Source of the DNA: Chlamydiales bacterium
GTDB lineage: Bacteria; Chlamydiota; Chlamydiia; Chlamydiales; JAAKFR01
Assembly: GCA_022601445.1 (NCBI GenBank)
Contig: JAJACP010000005.1
Location: 21,806-85,805, forward strand
Direction of reading: 5' to 3'
Length of the DNA stretch: 64,000 nucleotides
In this document: positions 1 through 8,435 of the stretch, in pieces
Layout of the letters: every line of letters begins with the position of its first letter
Numbering within the stretch: position 1 is the first letter of the stretch
The notes under the pieces: generated by a model
What the model saw: only the letters and a program-made list of their open reading frames with translations
Databases searched by the model: none
What the model was told of the DNA's origin: nothing
Program-made: the position numbers and the translations under genes

Positions 1-1
1 T

Positions 2-274
2 CGCATTCCGCGTAACATTTTGACGATTTGTTTGGGTAAATCGACCTATGCGCGCTGCGGCATTATTGTGAATGTGACTCCTTTTGAGCCAGAGTGGGAA
101 GGACATGTGACCATTGAGATTTCAAACACCACCCCTCTGCCCGCAAAAGTGTACGCCAACGAGGGAATCGCACAAGTGATCTTCTTTGAAGCCAAGGAGA
201 TGTGCCAAACCTCGTACGCGGAGCGAAATGGAAAGTACCAAAAGCAAACGGGGATCACCGTCCCCAAAGTCTAG
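2..274 (+). CDS. dcd: dCTP deaminase, C-terminal fragment (gene starts upstream of the window)
   Basis: The reading frame is open to the window edge. The translation [52 protein letters not shown] matches the dCTP deaminase C-terminal core. The M at 20 in the ORF track is an internal TTG. Confidence 0.85.
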   Translation, partial: RIPRNILTICLGKSTYARCGIIVNVTPFEPEWEGHVTIEISNTTPLPAKVYANEGIAQVIFFEAKEMCQTSYAERNGKYQKQTGITVPKV

Positions 275-302
275 CCGGGCCAGTTCCTATCCAAGATCGC
301 GT

Positions 303-590
303 TTGTTTGAGGAGATTATTCTCAAATCGTGGTGGACGATTCTCTTTTTTTTGCTCTGCTGTTTTGCCTACGATCAGGCCTATCGCCACAAGTTGCGTGA
401 GGAGACAAGACTGCAGAAAAAACTACTCTCTCTAGAAGGAGAGATAGCGGCTGCACAAGAGAAACAAGACGACTTAAAACTGCAAATCGCTAGCCAGGAA
501 GACGAAGCCTTTATCGAAATGATTTTAATGCGTAAGCTCGGCCTTGTGCCTGAGGGACAAACGAAAGTACACTTTATTACAACGCCATGA
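303..590 (+). CDS. FtsB/DivIC-like septum formation initiator (small bitopic coiled-coil protein)
   Basis: One TM helix (WWTILFFLLCCFAY) is followed by a heptad-rich segment (LQKKLLSLEGEIAAAQEKQDDLKLQI). The start is uncertain: TTG 303 is the first start outside dcd, while ATG 228 and TTG 186 would overlap dcd. Confidence 0.55.
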   Translation: MFEEIILKSWWTILFFLLCCFAYDQAYRHKLREETRLQKKLLSLEGEIAAAQEKQDDLKLQIASQEDEAFIEMILMRKLGLVPEGQTKVHFITTP

Positions 591-1813
591 TTGGACTTCT
601 CCTGCTCTTCACACTCTGCTCAGGGTTCTTTTCGCTGTCGTTGATTGCGCTTTTCTCTCTCTCATCTACGGAAATTAAACTCTACAAACACTCTCACGAT
701 AAACGGAAGCTGCTCATTGCCGACCTGCTCGCTCAACCACGTAATTTGTTGGTTACACTTCTGTTTTTGGATATTGGCGCCAATATTCTCATCCAGAATA
801 CCTCAGCCAATATTTTTGGAACCTACTCGAGCTGGCTGCTAAAAGTGGGTGTGCCTCTATTGATCACGTTGTTAATTGGAGAGATCATCCCCAAAACGTT
901 GGCTCTCTCCTACAACAAAGCGATCGCCACGCACGTTGTCAGAGTGATCTCAGCGCTTCAGCAAATCCTCAGCCCTCTCCTCCGCACTCTGACCTTTATC
1001 ACTTCGCATATTTCGAGCGTGCTCTTCTTTTTCTTAAGAAAAGAGCAGGAGATCTCGAAGGAAGAGCTCCACCATGTGCTCAAAAGCTCGAAAAGCAGCG
1101 GCATTTTGAGTCTAGACGAGGCGAAACTTATCGAAGGTTACCTCTCTTTGACTGACTACACGGTAAAAGAGAGAATGCATCCGCGCCATGAAATTCTCTA
1201 CTATGACATCAACGAGCCTCTTTCCAATTTGATTCATCTTTTGGTCGAAAAAGAGTGCTCACGCGTTCCTGTCTGTGTGGGTGATCTACAAAACATGGTC
1301 GGGATTGTGTCTGCAACACTCTTTTTCCTCCATCGCGAGCAGATCCGAGAGGGAAAAGATCTCATTGCCCACTTAGAAAAACCGTACTATGTTCCCGAAA
1401 CTATCTTTGCGCGTACGCTTCTCTACCACTTCTTTCACCGGAAAGCTACCATGGGAATTGTAGTTGATGAGTATGGATCCATCTCGGGTGTGATCACACA
1501 AGAAGATCTCTTTGAGGTAGTGGTGGGAGAAATTGCCGATATCCGCGACGAGAAAACGCGCTACACTCCTGCAGGAAATGACGTGATCATCACGAGTGGT
1601 AAATTTGAGCTCAGCGAGTTTGAGCAGCTCTTTGGAACCACGCTCTCAAGCTCTAGTAACTGCGTCACGCTAGGAGGATGGCTCACTGAACGCTTGGGAG
1701 ATATTCCAAAAAGCGGAACGAAATATGAATCCAACGGCTTTTTGTTTCAGGTACTGGCTGCCGATCCCAACCGAGTCCGCAGAGTCTACATTCGGAGGTT
1801 AAGGTATGGGTAG
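587..1813 (+). CDS. CNNM/HlyC-CorC family membrane protein (DUF21 + CBS pair + CorC_HlyC)
   Basis: N-terminal multi-TM region, a CBS-pair region (VKERMHPRHEI ... MGIVVDEYGSISGVITQEDL) and a CorC-type C-terminus. 4-nt overlap with the upstream ORF. Confidence 0.85.
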   Translation: MIGLLLLFTLCSGFFSLSLIALFSLSSTEIKLYKHSHDKRKLLIADLLAQPRNLLVTLLFLDIGANILIQNTSANIFGTYSSWLLKVGVPLLITLLIGEIIPKTLALSYNKAIATHVVRVISALQQILSPLLRTLTFITSHISSVLFFFLRKEQEISKEELHHVLKSSKSSGILSLDEAKLIEGYLSLTDYTVKERMHPRHEILYYDINEPLSNLIHLLVEKECSRVPVCVGDLQNMVGIVSATLFFLHREQIREGKDLIAHLEKPYYVPETIFARTLLYHFFHRKATMGIVVDEYGSISGVITQEDLFEVVVGEIADIRDEKTRYTPAGNDVIITSGKFELSEFEQLFGTTLSSSSNCVTLGGWLTERLGDIPKSGTKYESNGFLFQVLAADPNRVRRVYIRRLRYG

Positions 1814-3023
1814 TGGACTTATGTGGTTTTTGATCACCCTCTTGTGTATTGCCATAGAGGGAATTTATTCCATGATCGAGATGGCTGTTCTCTCTTTCAA
1901 CCGCGTTCGGCTAGAGTATTACGTCAGTAAGAGAATGAAGCGGGCGATTTGGTTGCAGTACATTCTTCAAAAGCCGTCGCGCCTAATCGGCTCTGTCATG
2001 TTGGGCGTGAATATCTCTCTTCAAATTGGCTCACAAAGTGCACGTGAATTTTATTACGCCCTCGGGCTCAACCCCGACATCGCTCCCCTTACCCAAATTT
2101 TTCTCGTTGTGATATTTGGTGAGTTAGCTCCTCTTTTTGCCGCCCGTCGGTTCTCAGAGCATGTCGTGATGCTCGGAGTTCCAATTTTGTACGCCACCTA
2201 CCGCGTTTTCGCTCCTGCTATCTGGTTAATCGGACTCATTACACGCTTTGTCCATCTCCTTTTTGGAAGAAAAGAAGAGGGTGTAGAGAACTTTTTAAGC
2301 CGCGATGAATTGCAGAAGGTACTGGAGAGTCATGATGAAGAGAACGAATTTAATAGCATTGTCTCCAATATTTTCTCTTTGCGTAACAAAACGGCTAACC
2401 AAGTGATGACTCCCTTATCGCAAGTCGAAATGATCCGTGCCCATACCACAGTCGAACAGCTGCACAAAAAAATCTCTGATTCAGGCCAAAGGTTTATTCC
2501 CCTCTACCATAATCGCCCCTCTAACATTGTGGCCATTGCATTGCCGCGAGACTTTGTCCGCCTTCCAGAAAACCGTTTGGTTAGAGACAATGCCCGCACG
2601 CCTTGGTTCATCACTTCTTCAACCAAGCTAATGCCTATCTTAGGGCAATTTCGCCGTAATCAACAGAGCGTCGCCGTTGTTTTAGACTCCAATGGGTCTG
2701 CAATTGGCATGCTCACGCTCAATGCAATTTTAGAGGAGATCTTTGGCGAGCATCCGCCTATTGAAGAGGCGCTTAAAAAAGCTGAGCTCCCTGTAATCCA
2801 ACGCTCTTTTCCAGGAAACACCAAGATTGTCGATCTGAATCGGGAGTATGGCACCCACCTCCCCACGCACGGAGTCGAAACCCTAGCTCAATTGATGATC
2901 TCGCTGCTAGATCATGCCCCAACAGTGGGAGACACTTTGATTGTGGGAGAGTTTGAACTCATTGCCGAAGAAACAACCCTATTGGGAATCAAATCCATAC
3001 TCGTCAAAACAGTGGAGACTTAA
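1806..3023 (+). CDS. CNNM/HlyC-CorC family membrane protein, tandem paralog
   Basis: Same architecture as the upstream gene (ANQVMTPLSQVEMI ... SVAVVLDSNGSAIGMLTLNAILEEIFGE). 8-nt overlap suggests co-translation. Confidence 0.85.
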   Translation: MGSGLMWFLITLLCIAIEGIYSMIEMAVLSFNRVRLEYYVSKRMKRAIWLQYILQKPSRLIGSVMLGVNISLQIGSQSAREFYYALGLNPDIAPLTQIFLVVIFGELAPLFAARRFSEHVVMLGVPILYATYRVFAPAIWLIGLITRFVHLLFGRKEEGVENFLSRDELQKVLESHDEENEFNSIVSNIFSLRNKTANQVMTPLSQVEMIRAHTTVEQLHKKISDSGQRFIPLYHNRPSNIVAIALPRDFVRLPENRLVRDNARTPWFITSSTKLMPILGQFRRNQQSVAVVLDSNGSAIGMLTLNAILEEIFGEHPPIEEALKKAELPVIQRSFPGNTKIVDLNREYGTHLPTHGVETLAQLMISLLDHAPTVGDTLIVGEFELIAEETTLLGIKSILVKTVET

Positions 3024-3024
3024 A

Positions 3025-3423
3025 TTGCAGATTACACAACAAAACACCCAGCTTCACATCATCCGTCAACTGTCCCATCGTCCTCGCTTGGTCCGACTTG
3101 AACTGTCTGCATGCCGCCTAGGCGATGTGGCAACATATATGTTAGGAAGTGCCCTACGCTCTTTGCCTGAGCTGCGTCACTTGGACCTTAAAATTAACCG
3201 CATTCGGTTTACAGGAGCTTTGGGTTTAGCTCGCGGCTTGAGAGATCACCTCTCGCTAAGGACGCTCATTTTAGCCAGTAACGGCATCCCCGATGCAGGA
3301 GCAGAAGCTCTTTTAGAAAGTGGAGCGCCTCTCTCTTATCTCGATTTAGCAGTCAATCCCATTCGGAATAAGTTAGCGCTCAGAGAGCGTTATGCCCCGC
3401 AGTTTTCCACGTTATATGTGTAG
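3025..3423 (+). CDS. small leucine-rich-repeat protein (ribonuclease-inhibitor/NLR-type LRR)
   Basis: Repeats LPELRHLDLKINRIRFTGALGLARGLRDH / LSLRTLILASNGIPDAGAEALLES / APLSYLDLAVNPI. Start uncertain: TTG 3025 lies just after the upstream stop, while ATG 2941 would overlap by 83 nt. The 3' end overlaps the convergent gene by 34 nt. Confidence 0.5.
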   Translation: MQITQQNTQLHIIRQLSHRPRLVRLELSACRLGDVATYMLGSALRSLPELRHLDLKINRIRFTGALGLARGLRDHLSLRTLILASNGIPDAGAEALLESGAPLSYLDLAVNPIRNKLALRERYAPQFSTLYV

Positions 3424-4520
3424 GCGCGTAGTTGAGAAACCACGTTGGCAATGATGCGTACAGCCCTCTTGATCTCCTCTTCTGTCGTGAACCGACTCAA
3501 AGAGAAACGGATGGAGCTACGTGCAACATCTGCAGGCACTCCCATGTTGAGAAGCACGCGTGAGGGCTCTAATGTGCCCGATGAGCACGCAGCACCATGA
3601 CTCACCGCCACACCTGCCAAATCGAGCTGCATTAAAAGCGTCTCGCCATCCACACCCAAAAAAGCCATGTGAGAGGTATTACACACCCGAGACTGATCTG
3701 AGCCGTGAATCACTAAATCGCCTACACTTGCCTGCAATCCTTTTTCAAAGCGATCACGCAACACGAAAATAGGCGTGCTGGATTCAGGGAAGAGCGTCAA
3801 CGCCTTGGCAAAACCGACAATGGCAGCTAAATTCTCCGTTCCTCCTCTCAGACCACGCTGCTGTGGACCTCCCATAATCAGCGGATGCGCTCTATGCGCC
3901 TTGCGCACAATAGCCAAACCCAATCCTGTTGGGGCATGAATCTTATGCCCACTAAAGCAGGCGGCTGTGACACCTTGAGGGAGATCCCAAACTTCTTTTC
4001 CCAGTAGCGCTACACCATCTACAACCAGCTTAAGTTCGCGCTCTTGTGCAAAAGCCGCAATCGGATCGAGATCCGTCTTGATTCCTGTTTCATTGTTGGC
4101 CGCCATCACCACCAACATTGAAGTGCTTGGAGTGACAGCCTTCACAATCTGCTCTAAAGAAATCGCCCCCTGACCGGGTTCAGGATCGAGATAGGTTACC
4201 GCACACCCAGTGAATTTCAGCGCCTCTAAAACGGCAGTATGCTCAAGAGACGAGGTGACAATGTGACTCCCCTTCGGTGCTGAACGGATCACCATATTCA
4301 AAGCCTCCGTCGCGCCAGAGGTAAACACAACATCTGCTGTTTGCACGCCAAAATAGGCCGCGACATCTTTGGTCGCCTTGACTAAAAGCGCTTTGGCCGC
4401 CTGGCCAAACCGATGTGTACTTGAGGGATTGCCAAGAGCGCCGGTTAAGATAGGCTCCATGGCCGACAAAACGCGCGGATCGAGAAATGTCGTGGCATTG
4501 TTATCAAGATAGATCATCAT
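3390..4520 (-). CDS. cysteine desulfurase (class V aminotransferase, NifS/IscS-like)
   Basis: MIYLDNNATT start, PLP-lysine context FSGHKIHAPTG, and active-site Cys context SHGAACSSG. Start trimmed to ATG 4520/4517 because the longer ORF runs into the upstream PP2C gene. Confidence 0.85.
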   Translation of the reverse strand: MMIYLDNNATTFLDPRVLSAMEPILTGALGNPSSTHRFGQAAKALLVKATKDVAAYFGVQTADVVFTSGATEALNMVIRSAPKGSHIVTSSLEHTAVLEALKFTGCAVTYLDPEPGQGAISLEQIVKAVTPSTSMLVVMAANNETGIKTDLDPIAAFAQERELKLVVDGVALLGKEVWDLPQGVTAACFSGHKIHAPTGLGLAIVRKAHRAHPLIMGGPQQRGLRGGTENLAAIVGFAKALTLFPESSTPIFVLRDRFEKGLQASVGDLVIHGSDQSRVCNTSHMAFLGVDGETLLMQLDLAGVAVSHGAACSSGTLEPSRVLLNMGVPADVARSSIRFSLSRFTTEEEIKRAVRIIANVVSQLRAYTYNVENCGA

Positions 4521-5265
4521 GCACGCCCACAAGAACCAAAGTAATGTTATCCCCTCCTCCGTGCGCATTGGCCAGATCAACCAATTCTTGTGCCCGTGCA
4601 TCAGCTGCGCTTTGCTGCCCCAAAATCCTCTCTATTTCGGCATCGGTGATGTAATTGGTGAGCCCATCGGAGCAGAGTAAAAAGTAATCGCCGGCTTCAA
4701 TCGTGAGGTAATTCACTGTAGGCTCAATCGTGGCATGTGTTCCAATCGCGCGCGTTAAGATGTGCTTGTAGGGAAAACTCTCTCCCTCATCAGCTCTCAT
4801 AGCTCCAAGCGAGATCAATTCAGCTACCAGCGAATGATCTTCTGTTAATTGTTCCAACTGCCTATTCCGCAGTCGATAGATTCGGCTATCGCCCACATGT
4901 GCGACCACCGCCTGGTTTTGCAAAAAATAAAGAGCGCAGATCGTCGTTCCCATGCCAGAAAGAGAGGGCTCGTCTTGCCCCTTTTGATAAATTTGTGCAT
5001 TCACCTTAATCAGCGACTCGCGAAAAAATGAGACAGCTTCATCAGGGGAAGTCTGTTTAGTAGGATGCCACTTTTTGACCAGTTCATGCAAACACTTAAC
5101 CGCTTGGTCAGCTGCAATCTCACCTGCAGCATGTCCGCCCATCCCATCAGCCAAAAGAAAAAGTCCTTTATTGGGAAAAGTCGCCCACACATCCTCATTA
5201 TGGTCACGCACTTGCCCGACATCACTTTTACCCACACACTCTATTTGAAACGTTGAATGGAACAC
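4504..5265 (-). CDS. PP2C-family Ser/Thr protein phosphatase
   Basis: Motifs RDHNEDVW, LADGMGGHAAGEIA, VGDSRIY, LLCSDGL and GGGDNITLV. Confidence 0.85.
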   Translation of the reverse strand: MFHSTFQIECVGKSDVGQVRDHNEDVWATFPNKGLFLLADGMGGHAAGEIAADQAVKCLHELVKKWHPTKQTSPDEAVSFFRESLIKVNAQIYQKGQDEPSLSGMGTTICALYFLQNQAVVAHVGDSRIYRLRNRQLEQLTEDHSLVAELISLGAMRADEGESFPYKHILTRAIGTHATIEPTVNYLTIEAGDYFLLCSDGLTNYITDAEIERILGQQSAADARAQELVDLANAHGGGDNITLVLVGVHDDLS

Positions 5266-5554
5266 AAATCAAACCCTTAAATTTTTTATAGTATACACGA
5301 AACAGGAGTTGAATGCTAGTACAGATAAATTTTCAAAGGAAGCAGAAAATTCCTAAATGTATAAACTGCAAACACTTTGAGAATGTGCTCTCAGTGCTAT
5401 TTTGGAGACGCTTAAAAAAGGCAAGTGATCGTTGCTGTAAAGGTTACGATTTGCTATCTTCTCGATCAATCAGCTTGGTGATAAGAAAGAACCTCTTCTT
5501 TACGATCATCGGGAAATGACCAATGAATAATTCAATACCAGAAACTTATTTGAG

Positions 5555-6382
5555 GTGAGTATGAAAAAACTCTACATGACGATGTTGACGGTTCTCGCTT
5601 GCGGAGCAGCTTATGCTCTTCCTGTTGGGAATCCATCTGAAGCGAGCTTGCTGTGCGACGGATTAATTTGGGAAGGGCACTGTGGAGATCCTTGTGATCC
5701 GTGCCTAAACTGGTGTGACGCTTTTAGCGTACGCGTTGGTTTTTATGGAGATTATGTCTTTAACAGACATATGGAAGTAGACGGTCGGGGTGATCCTGAC
5801 ATCGAGCACACAGAGATCTACACAAATGCCGGCTATATCGCGGTTAATTTCTGGGATCGTTTTGATGTGTTCACCACATTGGGTGCAACCAATCTGTGCA
5901 TTGATACCAATGTGAGTGCTTTCCGTTTGGGCGATGGCCCACGAATCGAACTGGAAACGGACACAGATTTTTCGTGGAGCATCGGAGTGCGCGGCACTAT
6001 CTGGGAGTGTGGATGTACATCTCTTGGTGCTGAGGCTCAATACTTCCGCGCCCGGCCGGATATCAGCCGCATAACAGGGAGTGCACAATTAAGTGAGTAT
6101 CCCAATGTTGATGCTAAGTACCATGAATGGCAAGTTGGTTTAGGGATTTCACACCGAATCAACATGCTTGTTCCCTACTTGGCTGTTAAGTATAGCCGTT
6201 CTGAATTTGACATGACTCATGTCACTTTTCAGGGTCAAAACTTTCCAAAGCTTCAATCTCAACAACACTGGGGCTACGCTGTTGGCGTCTCATTAGTGGA
6301 TTGTGAAAAAGCCAGCTTAACAGTGGAAGGGCGTTTTGGAGATGAAAAAGCCGTTTATGTAAACGCGCAGGTTCGCCTCTAG
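5555..6382 (+). CDS. MOMP-like cysteine-rich outer-membrane beta-barrel protein (OmpA/MOMP family), copy 1
   Basis: Signal peptide followed by LPVGNPSEASLLCDGLIWEG (chlamydial MOMP N-terminal signature). C-terminus YVNAQVRL resembles the MOMP ...VNAQFRF ending. 9 Cys after the signal peptide. RBS-like GAGGTG lies upstream. Confidence 0.8.
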   Translation: MSMKKLYMTMLTVLACGAAYALPVGNPSEASLLCDGLIWEGHCGDPCDPCLNWCDAFSVRVGFYGDYVFNRHMEVDGRGDPDIEHTEIYTNAGYIAVNFWDRFDVFTTLGATNLCIDTNVSAFRLGDGPRIELETDTDFSWSIGVRGTIWECGCTSLGAEAQYFRARPDISRITGSAQLSEYPNVDAKYHEWQVGLGISHRINMLVPYLAVKYSRSEFDMTHVTFQGQNFPKLQSQQHWGYAVGVSLVDCEKASLTVEGRFGDEKAVYVNAQVRL

Positions 6383-6409
6383 AATGTAGCGAGTCACTCA
6401 TTTTTTATA

Positions 6410-6443
6410 CGGGACGCACACAGCTTGCGTCCCGTTTTTTTTT
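6410..6443 (+). terminator. rho-independent terminator after MOMP-like copy 1
   Basis: Perfect 9-bp stem cgggacgca (6410-6418) / tgcgtcccg (6426-6434), a 7-nt loop, then a run of 9 T. Confidence 0.65.
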
Positions 6444-6507
6444 GTATTGATTCTTTCTAACAAGAGAAGGTACAAACAAAACCATCCCATTTTACTGAGG
6501 TCCTCAA

Positions 6508-7359
6508 ATGAAAAAACTCCCCCTTACACTCGCTCTTCTTACAAGCGCAACTCTCCACGCCTTACCCATTGGAAACCCATCAGCTGCCACGCTTCTCACC
6601 AAGGGGTTAATTTGGGAAGGACACTGTGCGGACCCCTTTGACACCGATCACAATTGGCTCGATGCATACAGTGTCCGCTTCGGATTTTATGGAGACTACG
6701 TCTTTAACAGACATTTAGCCGTTGCTGAAGTGCATCACGACAAAGATATTGAGCAAGCCGAGTTTTTTACTAACTCTGGATTTCTAGCTCTGAATTTCTG
6801 GGATCGGATGGACATTTTCACTACCTTTGGCGCGACAAACATCCGGATCCATACCAATAACAAAACCTTCGAATTAGGGGGACCAGGACGGCTGGAACTG
6901 GTAACTGAAACCGACTTCTTATGGGGTGTGGGCATACGCGGAACCATTTGGGAGTGTGGGTGTACACAATTGGGTGGAGAGACGCAGTATGTCCGGGCAA
7001 GCCCCCCTATCGACAGACTCACCTTAAACAGCACCACGTCTGTCTATCCGAGTCACGATCTACAGGCGACTTACCAAGAGTGGCAACTAGGAGTTGCTCT
7101 CTCCCATCGCATCAATCAGTTTTTTCCCTACGTGGGATTGAAATGGAGTCACTGCGTAATCAAAATGGATGATGCCATCGTGAACTTTGGGAGTGACGCT
7201 GTTCCTGTTAATGCAAAACTGTTTGATCTTGAGTGCAAAAAGGATTGGGGCTTTGCTGTGGGAGTGACATTTGTGACGTGTCAAACGGCGAGTTGGACCC
7301 TTGAGGGACGTTTTGGAGACGAAAAAGCGCTCTACTTGAATGCTCAAGTGCGCTTGTAA
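6508..7359 (+). CDS. MOMP-like outer-membrane beta-barrel protein, copy 2
   Basis: Signal peptide + LPIGNPSAATLLTKGLIWEG, shared core GTIWECGCT, C-terminus YLNAQVRL. 6 Cys. Confidence 0.8.
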   Translation: MKKLPLTLALLTSATLHALPIGNPSAATLLTKGLIWEGHCADPFDTDHNWLDAYSVRFGFYGDYVFNRHLAVAEVHHDKDIEQAEFFTNSGFLALNFWDRMDIFTTFGATNIRIHTNNKTFELGGPGRLELVTETDFLWGVGIRGTIWECGCTQLGGETQYVRASPPIDRLTLNSTTSVYPSHDLQATYQEWQLGVALSHRINQFFPYVGLKWSHCVIKMDDAIVNFGSDAVPVNAKLFDLECKKDWGFAVGVTFVTCQTASWTLEGRFGDEKALYLNAQVRL

Positions 7360-7455
7360 TTTTCACTCCTTTTTTTGCTTGCTTTCCTTTATGCGTTCGG
7401 CTAAAAGTTTAAGTACTTTCTAATTTTTAAAACCAAACGCTTTTGAGGTATTCAT

Positions 7456-8313
7456 ATGAAAAAGCTAGTCGCAACAGCTCTTACGATTCTTTCGTGCGGA
7501 GCTGCCTACGCACTTCCCCTCGGCAACCCATCTGAAGCAAGCTTACTTTGTGACGGGCTTTTTATTGAGGGACCCTACTACGACACTTGTCAAGAAGCCA
7601 CTAGCTGGTGTGATGCATTTAGCATCCGCTTGGGCTACTATGGTGACTTTGTCTTCAACCGCCATCTAGAAGTTGATTCTAGTCGCAATGGAGATGATAT
7701 CGAAGATACAGAGATCTTCACAAATGCAGCCTATGTAGCGTTTAATTGGGCGGATCGTGTCGATGTATTTGCTACTTTTGGCGCAACAAATCTTTGTCTA
7801 AGCTCAAATACAGAAACTTTTATTAGCGGTCCTATCAATGGCCGCTTCAAACTTGAAACCGAGACTGATTTTTCGTGGAGTATCGGAGCCAGGGCCACTT
7901 TATTCCAATGCGGCTGTACCTCTTTTGGAATTGAAGGGCAGTATTTTTATACCAAGCCTGATGTGAAAAGCCTCGTTGTGATTGACCAGATCTCTGGCTA
8001 TCCCAGCCATACACTTAAAGCGAAGTATCAAGAGTGGCAAGTTGGAGCCGGTGTTTCTCACCGCATCTGGAACTTTGTTCCCTACTTAGGGGCGAAGCTT
8101 TCTGGGGCACGTCTTGATTTAGGCGACGCAACACCCATCATCGGAGGCGCTTTCGCAAACGTTCAGGCAAGACTACCTGACCTAAAAAACCGCTTTAATG
8201 GGGGTTTTGTGCTCGGAGTCTCCTTTATCGACTGCGAAAGAATGGCGCTCACAGCTGAGCTGCGCTTCCCAGACGAAAAAGCGCTCTATGTGAACGGCCA
8301 AGTCCGCTTCTAA
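7456..8313 (+). CDS. MOMP-like outer-membrane beta-barrel protein, copy 3
   Basis: Signal peptide + LPLGNPSEASLLCDGLFIEG, core FQCGCT, C-terminus YVNGQVRF. 7 Cys after the signal peptide. Confidence 0.8.
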   Translation: MKKLVATALTILSCGAAYALPLGNPSEASLLCDGLFIEGPYYDTCQEATSWCDAFSIRLGYYGDFVFNRHLEVDSSRNGDDIEDTEIFTNAAYVAFNWADRVDVFATFGATNLCLSSNTETFISGPINGRFKLETETDFSWSIGARATLFQCGCTSFGIEGQYFYTKPDVKSLVVIDQISGYPSHTLKAKYQEWQVGAGVSHRIWNFVPYLGAKLSGARLDLGDATPIIGGAFANVQARLPDLKNRFNGGFVLGVSFIDCERMALTAELRFPDEKALYVNGQVRF

Positions 8314-8340
8314 CCAAAACCCGCCTAAAAAATTAACTAT

Positions 8341-8376
8341 AGCGTATGGCCCGTTTCTGGGTCATACGCTTTTTTA
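8341..8376 (+). terminator. rho-independent terminator after MOMP-like copy 3
   Basis: Stem agcgtatggcc (8341-8351) / ggtcatacgct (8360-8370) with one G-U pair, followed by tttttt. Confidence 0.55.
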
Positions 8377-8435
8377 TTCATACAATTCTAACAGCCTTTT
8401 TGTTATGGTTATCTCGTTTAGTAAGAGAGTAATCA

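Noticed and set aside
5313-5519. 68-aa ORF upstream of the first MOMP-like gene
   Set aside because: It has no RBS and no motif, and it sits in the long AT-rich leader and promoter region of the MOMP-like gene.
5705-6088. 127-aa minus-strand ORF, together with similar ORFs at 6735-7037 and 7087-7347
   Set aside because: These are shadow ORFs antisense to the well-supported MOMP-like genes.
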